A stretch of DNA of 63,350 nucleotides, counting the filler, from Gemmatimonadota bacterium (GTDB taxonomy: Bacteria; 4572-55; J002): assembly GCA_003697105.1 (NCBI GenBank). It is 6 parts of 6 records of this genome, joined end to end, with 100 filler letters (N's around TTAATTAATTAA, not from the genome) between each part and the next. Parts side by side here need not be neighbours in the genome. Positions count along the whole stretch, not along the records: positions 54,036 to 59,141 come from RFFQ01000027.1; positions 59,242 to 63,350 come from RFFQ01000035.1; 4 more parts are not named here. One strand, 5' to 3'. Below, piece by piece: positions 54,092-63,350 of this stretch. The position numbers and the translations under genes are program-made. A model generated the notes under the pieces. It did not search any database. It was not told the DNA's origin and saw only the letters and a program-made list of their open reading frames with translations. The first letter of the stretch is position 1. Each line of letters begins with the position of its first letter.

Positions 54092-55375
54092 ATGGGAACA
54101 TATTTTCTACGCCGTATTTTGCTGATGATTCCGACCTTTTTCGGGTCAACCATTTTGGTGTTTGTGATTTTACAACTGGCACCGGGGGGTCCCTTGGAGC
54201 AGACCATTCAACGCATCCAAGCAGGAGCGGCTCAACAAGGCGAAGCGGGTGGCGGGTCTTCCACCGAGTTAGTCGGGGGTGGCGTGATTACCAAATCCGC
54301 AATGGAAGAATTGAAGCGGTTTTATGGTTTCGATAAGCCGGTTCATATCCGCTATTTGATGTGGCTGGGGGTTTGGCCCCGCGAGACCGAACATCGCAAT
54401 GTCATCTTTCAACCGGAAGAAACGGAAGTCCGCAAAAGCATTGGCGGCGGAAAATTTGTGTGGGTGAAAAAAGAGGGTGAATCGCAGTTCGGAGTGTACC
54501 ATGAGGATGGTACCCCCCATACCGGGTGGTTTGCCCGGCGTGAGACCGCAAACACAGACACCAACCCGACAGACGAAACCATCAAAGTGACCATTTTCCG
54601 CCGCGAATTTTCGGGAATTCTGACCGGTAATCTGGGTAAATCCTACACGTACATGCAACCGGTAACCGACGTGATGAAACCGCGCTTTAAGGTTTCCATC
54701 TTTTTTGGATTAAGTGGTTTTTTCATTGCCTACTTGGTTTGTATCCCATTGGGGATCGCCAAAGCATTGCGGCACGGTTCTACCTTCGATTTGATGTCCA
54801 GTATGATCGTATTTGTCGGGTATTCTGTCCCCGGGTGGGCACTGGGCGCGGTCTTGCTGATGTTATTGGGAGGCGGGTCGTTCTGGGATATTTTCCCACT
54901 GGGGGGGTTTCGCTCCGAAGGGTGGGAATATATGTCGCTGGCAGGTAAGATCATCGACCAGCTCCACCACGCGATACTGCCCCTAATTGCCTGGACTATC
55001 GGCGGCTTTGCAACCCTCACCGTACTCATGAAAAACAGTATTTTAGAGAACATTTCACAAGATTACGTGCGTACCGCATTCGCTAAAGGACTTTCAGAAA
55101 AACGGGTTATCTGGCTCCATACCTTGCGAAATTCTGTGATCCCGCTGGCATCGTTCATCGGACATTCCATCGGGATTTTAATTGCCGGTTCGTATTTAAT
55201 CGAGGTAGCATTTAATATCGATGGCTTCGGCAAAATGAGTTTTCAGGCAATTTTAGACCGGGATTACCCGATTGTCATGGGCTTTTTAGTGATTGTGGTC
55301 TTGCTGCGCCTCGTGGGAAATATTCTCTCGGATATAGCACTGGCAACGGTCGATCCCCGGATTCGATTTAAGTAA
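54092..55375 (+). CDS. Peptide ABC transporter permease (OppB/YejB-like)
   Basis: Y.LRR.LL.IPT, APGGP, YGFDKP..RY, DYVRTA.AKGL EAA loop, DPRI. Confidence 0.93.
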   Translation: MGTYFLRRILLMIPTFFGSTILVFVILQLAPGGPLEQTIQRIQAGAAQQGEAGGGSSTELVGGGVITKSAMEELKRFYGFDKPVHIRYLMWLGVWPRETEHRNVIFQPEETEVRKSIGGGKFVWVKKEGESQFGVYHEDGTPHTGWFARRETANTDTNPTDETIKVTIFRREFSGILTGNLGKSYTYMQPVTDVMKPRFKVSIFFGLSGFFIAYLVCIPLGIAKALRHGSTFDLMSSMIVFVGYSVPGWALGAVLLMLLGGGSFWDIFPLGGFRSEGWEYMSLAGKIIDQLHHAILPLIAWTIGGFATLTVLMKNSILENISQDYVRTAFAKGLSEKRVIWLHTLRNSVIPLASFIGHSIGILIAGSYLIEVAFNIDGFGKMSFQAILDRDYPIVMGFLVIVVLLRLVGNILSDIALATVDPRIRFK

Positions 55376-55414
55376 TACGATCTCCTCAATTATATGCTTT
55401 AATATTTTCGGAAA

Positions 55415-56515
55415 ATGAACCGTACACCCGCATCTTCACAAACACCATCCGCCGTGGATGAATCTATTTCGCTTTCGATTCTGCAAAAACGGTGGCAAAA
55501 ATTCAAAACCCTCAAACGGGGATATTATGCGTTTATTCTGTTGGTTATCCTCTACGTAACCTCATTCTTCCTACCGTTTTTGGTGAATAACCGGGCACTC
55601 GTGGTGAAATACAATGGGCATTTCTACTTTCCGGCACTGAAACAGGTGTTCACCAAAGGGATTTATTTAGGGGAAACATTTGGCGTGGATACCCCCGGCG
55701 AACCCAATTACCGGCAACTTCAAGCGCAATGGCGTGAAGAAGGGCAGGGGAATTGGGTGATTATGCCCCCTTACCCCTACGGACCGTTGGAGGACATCAA
55801 CATTGAGGGCAATAAAATGTATGAGAAGCCCTCACGGCACCGCTGGATGGGCACAGACAACGTCGGACGAGATGTATTCGCTCGATTAGCATACGGATTT
55901 AACATTTCGATCTCGTTTGCCATTATTTTGCAGTTGGTCTCGTATGCTATCGGGGTGTCGTTGGGGGCGGCGATGGGCTACTTTGGAGGAAAATTTGACC
56001 TGCTTTTCCAACGCTTTATCGAAATCTGGGGGACGTTACCCCTCCTGTTTGTGGTGATCATCATCAGTTCGCTGGTGCAACCGAATTTCTTCCTGCTGAT
56101 CCTCATTCTGGCAGCAACCCGTTGGATCGGCATGACCTATTTCATGCGAGCCGAATTTTACCGGGAAAAAGCCAAAGATTATGTTGCCGCCGCAATCTCG
56201 ATGGGTCAAAGCCATGCCAAGATCATCTTCCAGCACATCCTGCCCAACTCGCTGGTGCCGATCATCACCTATTTTCCCTTCGGAGTGGTCACTGCCATTG
56301 GCTCTTTGGTTTCCTTGGACTTTTTAGGCTTCGGCTTACCACCGCCCACCCCCAGTTGGGGGCAGATGGTCTCGGTCGGATTGCAGAACATCACCAAGTG
56401 GTGGATGGTTCTTGCACCGCTGGGGGCACTGTTTGGTACGTTGTTGATGATTGTCTTTATCGGGGAAGCTGTGCGCGAAGCATTTGACCCCAAAGTTTAC
56501 TCACGATTACGATAA
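55415..56515 (+). CDS. Peptide ABC transporter permease (OppC/YejE-like)
   Basis: GTD..GRDV.AR, GYFGG..D, Y..AA...G, HILPN, LDFLGFG.PPP.PSWG. Confidence 0.93.
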   Translation: MNRTPASSQTPSAVDESISLSILQKRWQKFKTLKRGYYAFILLVILYVTSFFLPFLVNNRALVVKYNGHFYFPALKQVFTKGIYLGETFGVDTPGEPNYRQLQAQWREEGQGNWVIMPPYPYGPLEDINIEGNKMYEKPSRHRWMGTDNVGRDVFARLAYGFNISISFAIILQLVSYAIGVSLGAAMGYFGGKFDLLFQRFIEIWGTLPLLFVVIIISSLVQPNFFLLILILAATRWIGMTYFMRAEFYREKAKDYVAAAISMGQSHAKIIFQHILPNSLVPIITYFPFGVVTAIGSLVSLDFLGFGLPPPTPSWGQMVSVGLQNITKWWMVLAPLGALFGTLLMIVFIGEAVREAFDPKVYSRLR

Positions 56516-56516
56516 A

Positions 56517-57992
56517 ATGGCGATGAGCAAAGAAAAATTAGTCGAAGTTCGCAACTTAAAAACCTATTTTCAGATCGGAAATCAAACTGCCAAAGCGGTC
56601 GATGGTCTGGATTTTGACATTTACAAGGGTGAAGTTCTCGGTATTGTGGGGGAATCCGGTTCCGGAAAATCGGTCACCTCACTATCGCTGATCCAGCTCA
56701 TCCCCAATCCCCCGGGAGAAGTCGCGGAAGGTAAAATCCGGTTCAAGGGAGAAACGCTGTTTGATGGCAACGAATTAAAAGCGGTTAAAGCGGTTCCCCA
56801 ATACCTCTATTTTAACGGGTTGACCGGAGCGCGACGGCATATAATTGCCGCCCTGTTTTTGGTGCTCTGGTTTAGCATTCATTCGATGTTACCCCTTGCC
56901 GGGTTTATTCCCCACGCAACCTCCATCGCTTTGGCATTAACCGTTATGATAACCCTTTTTTATGAGTCCCCCCGCGCAAAGGCAATGGAGGACTTCCGGG
57001 AGAAACTCTACCGCCGCATCCGGGAGATTCGCGGACGCGAGATTGCTATGATCTTCCAAGAGCCGATGACGTCACTCAATCCGGTTTATACCGTCGGCTT
57101 GCAGATCATTGAAGCTCTGAAGCCAAAATCCGTTTTTGACTTTTTGCGTGACGCCGTTATTTCCGGGGCAAACAGCATCCGCACCTCAACGTTTGCCTCC
57201 AAATTACGGGTTGTTGCTCTTTTTGGTGGGGTGATTCTCTTCTTCTCGCAATTGTTTCAAGGATGGACATTTCAGTCCAGCGCAATGGTTTCAGCATTTG
57301 CTACGGGGGCACTGATTCCAGGCGTCTTTTGGGGAAGCGTTCTCCTGTTAGACCGGTTGATTCCCAAAGCATACCACCAACAATATGAGACCCTATTTGC
57401 AGAAGGGGTGCAATTGCTGCGAGCAGTGGGTATATCCGATCCGGAAAAGCGAATGCGAGACTATCCCCATCAATTTTCCGGCGGGATGCGCCAACGAGCA
57501 ATGATTGCCATGGCATTGGCAAAACATCCATCGCTTTTGATTGCCGATGAACCCACCACGGCCTTGGATGTAACGATCCAAGCCCAAATTTTGGAGTTGA
57601 TGCTTGAGATCAAAAACAAACAGAACGATTCAGCCGTCGTGCTGATTACCCACGATCTCGCCGTCGTAGCAGAGACTTGCGAGCGGGTGATGGTGATGTA
57701 TGGTGGTAAAATTCAGGAAGTTGCCGCCGTGAATACGTTGTTTGAAGCTCCCAAACACCCGTACACCAAAGGCTTGTTACACTCCATCCCCCGCCCCACG
57801 CAGGAAAAACGAGAGCGTCTGGAGACAATCCGCGGCATGGTACCAAGTATCCTTAATTTTCCGGCAGGCTGTAAGTTCTGCACCCGGTGTGATGAAAAAT
57901 TGGAGAAATGTGAAACCATCGAACCGGACTTATTGGAAGTCGAACCCGGCCATTTTGTCCGGTGCCACCTCTTTTCAGAAGTGAAATCCTAA
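56517..57992 (+). CDS. Peptide ABC transporter ATPase (OppD-like) with two hydrophobic insertions
   Basis: [45 protein letters not shown]-terminal Cys cluster. Confidence 0.92.
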   Translation: MAMSKEKLVEVRNLKTYFQIGNQTAKAVDGLDFDIYKGEVLGIVGESGSGKSVTSLSLIQLIPNPPGEVAEGKIRFKGETLFDGNELKAVKAVPQYLYFNGLTGARRHIIAALFLVLWFSIHSMLPLAGFIPHATSIALALTVMITLFYESPRAKAMEDFREKLYRRIREIRGREIAMIFQEPMTSLNPVYTVGLQIIEALKPKSVFDFLRDAVISGANSIRTSTFASKLRVVALFGGVILFFSQLFQGWTFQSSAMVSAFATGALIPGVFWGSVLLLDRLIPKAYHQQYETLFAEGVQLLRAVGISDPEKRMRDYPHQFSGGMRQRAMIAMALAKHPSLLIADEPTTALDVTIQAQILELMLEIKNKQNDSAVVLITHDLAVVAETCERVMVMYGGKIQEVAAVNTLFEAPKHPYTKGLLHSIPRPTQEKRERLETIRGMVPSILNFPAGCKFCTRCDEKLEKCETIEPDLLEVEPGHFVRCHLFSEVKS

Positions 57993-59029
57993 TGTCATCA
58001 AATTCCATCCTCGCCGAAGTTAAAGACCTGAAAGTCCATTTTCCGGTGTATGGCGGGTTATTTTCTAAAAAAGTAGCAACGGTCAAAGCCGTGGACGGCG
58101 TGTCGTTCACCATTGGAAAACAGCAGACAATAGGGCTAGTGGGCGAATCTGGATGTGGGAAAACCACGGTTGGACGGGCAATGATCAACATTCTGCGCCA
58201 TATTGCACCGGAAGTGGAGATCAGCGGGCATATCCGGTATCATTTTGATGGAAAGGTGGTCGATTTTGCCCAGATGTCTTCGGCGGAATCGCGCCCGTAT
58301 CGCGCCAATGTGCAGATGATTTTCCAAGACCCGTATGCCTCACTCAATCCGCGCATGACTGTGGCACAAATTGTCAGCGAGCCGCTTCGGATTCACAAAC
58401 CGGAGATGAGCAAAAGCGAAATTCAAGATCGGGTGGGGTGGTTGTTGGAGAAAGTGGGACTGCGCGCCGAACAAGCACATCGCTACCCGCACGAATTTTC
58501 CGGCGGACAGCGCCAACGGGTTGGAATTGCCCGGGCGCTTGCCACCAACCCGGATTTGATCATCTGTGATGAACCGGTATCGGCGCTAGATGTCTCGATT
58601 CAGGCGCAGGTGATCAACTTGCTGATGGATTTACAGGATGAATTTCACATGTCGTATCTGTTTATCGCCCACGATCTATCCGTTGTCGAGCATATTTCCG
58701 ATTACATTGCGGTGATGTATCTGGGTAATCTGGTGGAATTTGGCGAGAGCAAAGATGTTTTTTTCAACCCCCGCCATCCGTACAGTCAGGCGTTGCTTTC
58801 GGCGGTACCCTTGCCCGATCCCAAGCTGACACGGGCACAGCGCATCATTTTGGAGGGCGATGTGCCTACACCACTCAATAAACCTTCTGGATGTGGCTTC
58901 CGAACCCGGTGCCGGTTGGCAACCCCCGCCTGTGCGAAGGCGCTGCCACCGCTCGAAGAACATGCTCCCAACCATCAGGTCGCCTGTCCCATTGTCAAGG
59001 GCATGGAACCGGTTCACCCGGTGGGCTAA
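57992..59029 (+). CDS. Peptide ABC transporter ATPase (OppF-like)
   Basis: GESGCGKT, FQDPYASLNPR, YPHEFSGGQRQR, CDEPVSALD; TAATG overlap. Confidence 0.94.
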   Translation: MSSNSILAEVKDLKVHFPVYGGLFSKKVATVKAVDGVSFTIGKQQTIGLVGESGCGKTTVGRAMINILRHIAPEVEISGHIRYHFDGKVVDFAQMSSAESRPYRANVQMIFQDPYASLNPRMTVAQIVSEPLRIHKPEMSKSEIQDRVGWLLEKVGLRAEQAHRYPHEFSGGQRQRVGIARALATNPDLIICDEPVSALDVSIQAQVINLLMDLQDEFHMSYLFIAHDLSVVEHISDYIAVMYLGNLVEFGESKDVFFNPRHPYSQALLSAVPLPDPKLTRAQRIILEGDVPTPLNKPSGCGFRTRCRLATPACAKALPPLEEHAPNHQVACPIVKGMEPVHPVG

Positions 59030-59141
59030 CTCAATATTTTCTGACAGCTCTGAAGAATGAGTACATGTATAAAGTTACAGTGCAGATTTGAGGCTAGCCA
59101 AAAAAATATTTTTTCGCAGACTGTTGTAATACTTTCTATGA

Positions 59142-59241
59142 NNNNNNNNNNNNNNNNNNNNNNNNNNNNNNNNNNNNNNNNNNNNTTAATTAATTAANNN
59201 NNNNNNNNNNNNNNNNNNNNNNNNNNNNNNNNNNNNNNNNN
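59142..59241. other. Artificial contig spacer
   Basis: N44-TTAATTAATTAA-N44. Confidence 0.97.
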
Positions 59242-60695
59242 CGCCGCGCATAAATTAACGAGACATCATCAAAATAGACCAATGCCCAATCTGGATGCGG
59301 CGCTAAGTAACTGTGAATAAAGGATTCTTCGCGCCCATACCAATCCGCCGCCGGTGTACGCAGTACAAAATAATCAATACGATAGGTGTCAATGAGGGCT
59401 TCGAACCCCTCCAGCCGGCGCATAATGGTGCGGTAATCCTGAAAAAGGTCTTCTCCGAACACATCATTCCGCCCATCGATGAAAATCAATCGATCCGGGT
59501 AGAGCGACCAAATCAAGTAACCCCCAAAACTGAAGTGGTTGAACAGATTCCCTTGCAGATTCGCCTGCCGGATAAACTGGACTGCCCCGGTGGGTGTCCA
59601 GTTTTCGACCCCTAATTTCACCTGCCGGCTGGTATAGCGGTCCATTTTCAATCCAAATTTGAGGGTGTACAGGACAAAACCCATTCCGATCAGCACCACG
59701 GCCAGATGGAACAGTCTCCATATCCGCTGTGGAATACGATCCGGTTGGAACCCAGTAAACAGACCGGCAAAAACCGGCACCGTGACCACCGCGAATAACA
59801 CCCGGTTACGGCTGGCGAGGATCGTCCCCACCGTAAACAAAATCACCAGTAAAATCGAGGTTATATCCCATATTTTATGCCGTAACCCTCGCCACAAAAT
59901 TGCTCCAACCGTGAGAACCAGCACCAGATGGAAATAGAAAACAAAGGTAGCAGTGGCGTGAATGGGATGGTACGGCGACTGCAACTCCGTGATAACATTT
60001 TTGAAGGTTGGGTTGGTGACCAACCAAAAGGGATAGAAAACAGCGTGGTAGGTGTTGGGGTTCAGCAAGGAAGCGGCATAACTGATCAGGATGATCAACG
60101 CCAAACGGCGGTCCCATTTGCGATGTAGCACCCCTTCCACAACCGCAAATACCGTGGCGATACCCAACCCAAAGATAAAGCCGGAGTGAATATTAGCCCA
60201 CAACACCGTGATGACCGGCAACGCCGGTAGCCAATTTTTGCCAAAATCACGGTAGTTGTATAAAATGAGCAGGAATACCGCGGTAAACAGAAAGGTAAAC
60301 AGTTGCGGGCGTTCCGAAAACCTGCCGGTACTCAATAAGCCCAGCAACAAGAGGAACAGCACCGTGAACGCGGTGGGCACCTGGCGTTGTTCACAAAAGA
60401 TCAACAGCACCAAAAAGAAGCAACAAACCAAAATCGCTTTTGCTACAATCACCCCCTCCAGACCACCAATCGCATAAACCCCGTATGCCAGCGCCTCAAA
60501 CAACCATTCGTGGGTGATCCAGCGATTACCATAAGCGGTATATGAAAAAATATCGGTAGTGGGGATCGTCCGGTGCTGAACAATATATTCACCGGTTTTC
60601 AGATGCCACCAACTATCAGAATCTCCGATGGGGAAAATCGAGAGGGATAAGCTAATAGCGAGTAAAACGAGGAATAGCAGGGACTTCAAGTTCAT
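59242..60695 (-). CDS. Polytopic membrane protein, GT-C-like (3' truncated by gap)
   Basis: D.D.WWHL..G, HEWL, RP, LWAN.H.GF, NP, GGYLIW, FIDGR.D. Confidence 0.7.
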
Positions 60696-61474
60696 TCGTT
60701 GACTGTAATACCAAACAAACGCTCAAAATTCGTGGTGGTTTTTTCTGCGATCACTTCCAATGGCACTTGGTACAATTCCGCCAATGCCCCCGCGATATGG
60801 CGTACTCGTGCCGGTTCGTTGCGTTTACCCCGGAAAGGTACCGGAGCCAACCAAGGGCAATCCGTTTCGAGCACCAAAGAATCCAATGGAATCTGGGTGA
60901 TAAATTCCCGTTGGGGACTCTTTTTATACGTAATAGTGCCACCGATTCCGAGTACAAAGCCGAGATCAAGCGACCGTTTTGCATCGTCAAGTGTGCCGGA
61001 AAAGCAGTGCATAATGCCGCCGATATCTTCAGCGTGTTCCTCTTCCAAAATACGGAGGGTATCTGCCTGTGCCTCCCGGCAATGGATAACCACAGGTTTT
61101 TTGAGTTCTTTTGCCAGTTGGATTTGGCTCCGGAAGCACTGCTGTTGTTGCTCCGGCGTGGCAATATCTTTGTAATAATAATCCAAGCCAATTTCACCAA
61201 TCGCCAAAATTTTGGGATGCCCCGGAACGAGATCACGAATTTGCTGGAACCATTCTTCGCCATGTTTGTGGGCATCATGAGGATGCAGACCAATCGCCGC
61301 ATAAATCGCATCGTGATTTTCCGCTAAGCGGAGGGAACGCCCCGCGATCTCTGGGTTAAAACCGATCTCAAGGATCAAATTGACCTCATGGTCATGTGCC
61401 CGTTGGAGTACCTGATCCCGGTCCTCATCAAATTTTGAGACTGATAAATGGGTGTGCGAATCAATCAGAAACAT
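60692..61474 (-). CDS. tatD: TatD family hydrolase
   Basis: IDSHTHL, GLHPH, IGEIGLDY, IHCR, HCFSG, ETDCPWL.P...RGKRNEP. Confidence 0.95.
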   Translation of the reverse strand: MFLIDSHTHLSVSKFDEDRDQVLQRAHDHEVNLILEIGFNPEIAGRSLRLAENHDAIYAAIGLHPHDAHKHGEEWFQQIRDLVPGHPKILAIGEIGLDYYYKDIATPEQQQQCFRSQIQLAKELKKPVVIHCREAQADTLRILEEEHAEDIGGIMHCFSGTLDDAKRSLDLGFVLGIGGTITYKKSPQREFITQIPLDSLVLETDCPWLAPVPFRGKRNEPARVRHIAGALAELYQVPLEVIAEKTTTNFERLFGITVNE

Positions 61475-61490
61475 AGTAACCTCATATAAA

Positions 61491-62174
61491 TCAATGGGTT
61501 AAAGCATATATAACAATATTGATCCCCATCTGAAGTGCCGCCTCCCGGATCGCCGGGGGGTCATTGTGAACTTCGGGGTCTTCCCAGCCATCGCCCAGAT
61601 CACATTCATAGGTATAAAAGACCACCAACCGCCCTTCATGGAAAATTCCAAACCCTTGCGGCGGTTTCCCATCATGTTCATGGACTTTAGGTAATCCATT
61701 GGGAAAATCGTAAAACGCATGATAAATTGGGTGGGAAAACGGCAGTTCGACCATCTCTTTTTCGGGGAAAACCCGCTTCATCTCTCGCCGGAAGGATTCA
61801 TCCATACCGTAATTATCATCCGCATGCAAAAAACCGCCATGGGTCAGATAAAATCGCAACCGGTCAACTTCTTGTTCCGTAAATTTGATGTTTCCGTGCC
61901 CATTCATGTACGCATAGGGGTAATTGAAGAGTTGGTCATCCAAAATGGAGACGCGGGCTTCCTGGTCGGCAACATCAAGTGTCGTGCGCTCCCGTAAGCC
62001 TTTGAGGAGATTGGGCAGGGAAGATGGGTTGCTGTACCAATCGCCACCACCACCATATTTGATGCGCGCAATCGTAAATTGATTATAATCGATGTTCCGT
62101 AGCCCCTGCGCCCACATCACGCCGGAACTACTGATCAAAATCATCACTAACAACAGTTTTTTCAATAACGTCAT
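61491..62174 (-). CDS. DUF4159 family secreted protein
   Basis: KY.GGGDWY.NP, GHG, LR.YL..GGFL..DD, HPIY, DLGDGWE. Confidence 0.88.
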   Translation of the reverse strand: MTLLKKLLLVMILISSSGVMWAQGLRNIDYNQFTIARIKYGGGGDWYSNPSSLPNLLKGLRERTTLDVADQEARVSILDDQLFNYPYAYMNGHGNIKFTEQEVDRLRFYLTHGGFLHADDNYGMDESFRREMKRVFPEKEMVELPFSHPIYHAFYDFPNGLPKVHEHDGKPPQGFGIFHEGRLVVFYTYECDLGDGWEDPEVHNDPPAIREAALQMGINIVIYALTH

Positions 62175-62240
62175 AAAAAACCACCTCAAACTGGATTCGC
62201 TTCGGATGTTTAGCTTTCCGCAGGTCGCCGCCATAATACA

Positions 62241-62672
62241 TTAAATTTTTGGATACCATACCAACCCCCAAGCAATGCCCAGTAGCGCCCCCATGAACAC
62301 CTCAATGGGGGTGTGCCCGAGTAACTCCTTGAGCCGGTTTTCGGGCAACCGGCGGTTGAGTTCCATATCCTCCACAATTTTATTGAGAATAGAGGCTTGC
62401 TTCCCGACGGCACGGCGTAATCCGGCGGCATCATACATCACAATTAGGCTAAAAACAAGGGTCACTCCAAATAACGTGGAATCCAACCCTTCATGAAGTA
62501 AGACTAGCGTGCATAATGCGGTCACGGTGGAAGAGTGTGAACTGGGCATTCCGCCCGTTTCGGTAAGACGTCGAAAATTTAATCGTTTTGTGTTCATCCA
62601 ATAAAAAATTACTTTTAATGCCTGCGCAATCCATCCCGCTGAAAGCGAAATAAATAGAATGGCAATACTCAT
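62241..62672 (-). CDS. Divergent PAP2 (DUF212) family protein
   Basis: AQ.LK, GGMPSSHS, MYDA.G.RR..G.QA, LKELLGHTP.EV..G. Confidence 0.93.
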   Translation of the reverse strand: MSIAILFISLSAGWIAQALKVIFYWMNTKRLNFRRLTETGGMPSSHSSTVTALCTLVLLHEGLDSTLFGVTLVFSLIVMYDAAGLRRAVGKQASILNKIVEDMELNRRLPENRLKELLGHTPIEVFMGALLGIAWGLVWYPKI

Positions 62673-62705
62673 CTTATAGCCACAAATTAGAAGGATTCAA
62701 AGTGC

Positions 62706-62734
62706 AAAAGGAGTCCGGGATGGACTCCTTTTTT
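62706..62734. terminator. Terminator after sigma factor gene
   Basis: AAAAGGAGTCC GGGAT GGACTCCTTTT. Confidence 0.75.
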
Positions 62735-62759
62735 AGGTCATGGAACACACGTCAACCTG

Positions 62760-63350
62760 TTAATTCAAAAATGCTTTTAACCGCTTACTGCGAGAGGCAT
62801 GGCGTAAGCGACGAATCGCCCGCTCTTTTAACTGGCGGATACGCTCACGGGTCAGATTCATTTCTTTTCCGATTTGTTCCAACGTATAGGGACCTTCGCC
62901 GTGTAAGCCAAAATACAAGCTAATAATTCGAGCTTCACGGGGAGAAAGGCTTGCCACAGCCCGATTGATCTCTTGGGCTCGGGCTTTTCGCATGTAAACT
63001 TCATCGGGGGGCAACGTGACATTATCTTCAATCACATCCATCAGGGTGCCTTCCGCATCTGGGGAAAACGGGGCATCTAACGAGAGGTGCGTCCGCGAAA
63101 TTTTCATGGTTTCATTTAATTCGCTGACGCTCATATCCAATTCCCCCGCGATTTCATCAGGAGTGGCTTCACGACCGTATTCCTGCCGCAAACTGTGCAT
63201 CACCTTGCCAATTTTATGGAGGACTCCCGCTTTATTGAGCGGTACACGGACAATCCGGGACTGTTCCGCCAGCGCTTGTAAAATCGCTTGACGAATCCAC
63301 CACACCGCATAACTGATAAATTTATAGCCTTTTGTCTCATCAAAGCGGCG
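62760..63350 (-). CDS. Sigma-70 family RNA polymerase sigma factor (RpoD/SigA-like), partial
   Basis: RFDETKGYKFISYAVWWIRQAI, RIVRVP, SLDAP, TLEQIG....LTRERIRQ; 5' end outside window. Confidence 0.94.
   Translation of the reverse strand, partial: RRFDETKGYKFISYAVWWIRQAILQALAEQSRIVRVPLNKAGVLHKIGKVMHSLRQEYGREATPDEIAGELDMSVSELNETMKISRTHLSLDAPFSPDAEGTLMDVIEDNVTLPPDEVYMRKARAQEINRAVASLSPREARIISLYFGLHGEGPYTLEQIGKEMNLTRERIRQLKERAIRRLRHASRSKRLKAFLN

Noticed and set aside
60699-61327. Three overlapping 158-186-aa ORFs across tatD
   Set aside because: Alternative-frame and antisense shadows; only TatD has family motifs

Overview
Bacterial draft/MAG sequence made of six contigs joined by artificial 100-nt spacers (N44-TTAATTAATTAA-N44), so adjacency across 20409-20508, 24752-24851, 47986-48085, 53936-54035 and 59142-59241 is not evidence of linkage. 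Gene content (FlgD-Ig/T9SS-like C-terminal sorting domains, TonB-ExbBD, CcmBCD, DUF4159, PASTA-rsmB-rpe cluster) suggests a diderm FCB-group candidate lineage (inference). Mostly housekeeping: dnaN-recF-dciA-gyrB, rpe/rsmB/fabH/plsX/rpmF/yceD/serS, tRNA-Pro, rsbV/rsbW-like, pyrG, rsfS, ccmBCD, transketolase, miaB, valS, sucC, a peptide ABC transporter, tatD and a sigma-70. Most notable: (1) a two-gene TRPM-type SLOG + SLOG-SLATT-SLATT module, a candidate nucleotide-gated membrane defence system; (2) an MshEN-bearing PilB-like pseudo-ATPase with dead Walker A/B and His boxes upstream of a STAS gene; (3) an OppD-type ATPase with two hydrophobic hairpin insertions; (4) an AT-rich orphan cassette with a G14 tract in its promoter spacer and a frameshifted 4-TM partner; (5) an unannotated ~170-nt rod-like RNA upstream of valS; (6) two related lipoproteins between dnaN and recF. 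All family assignments are from motif recognition by eye, not from database searches.
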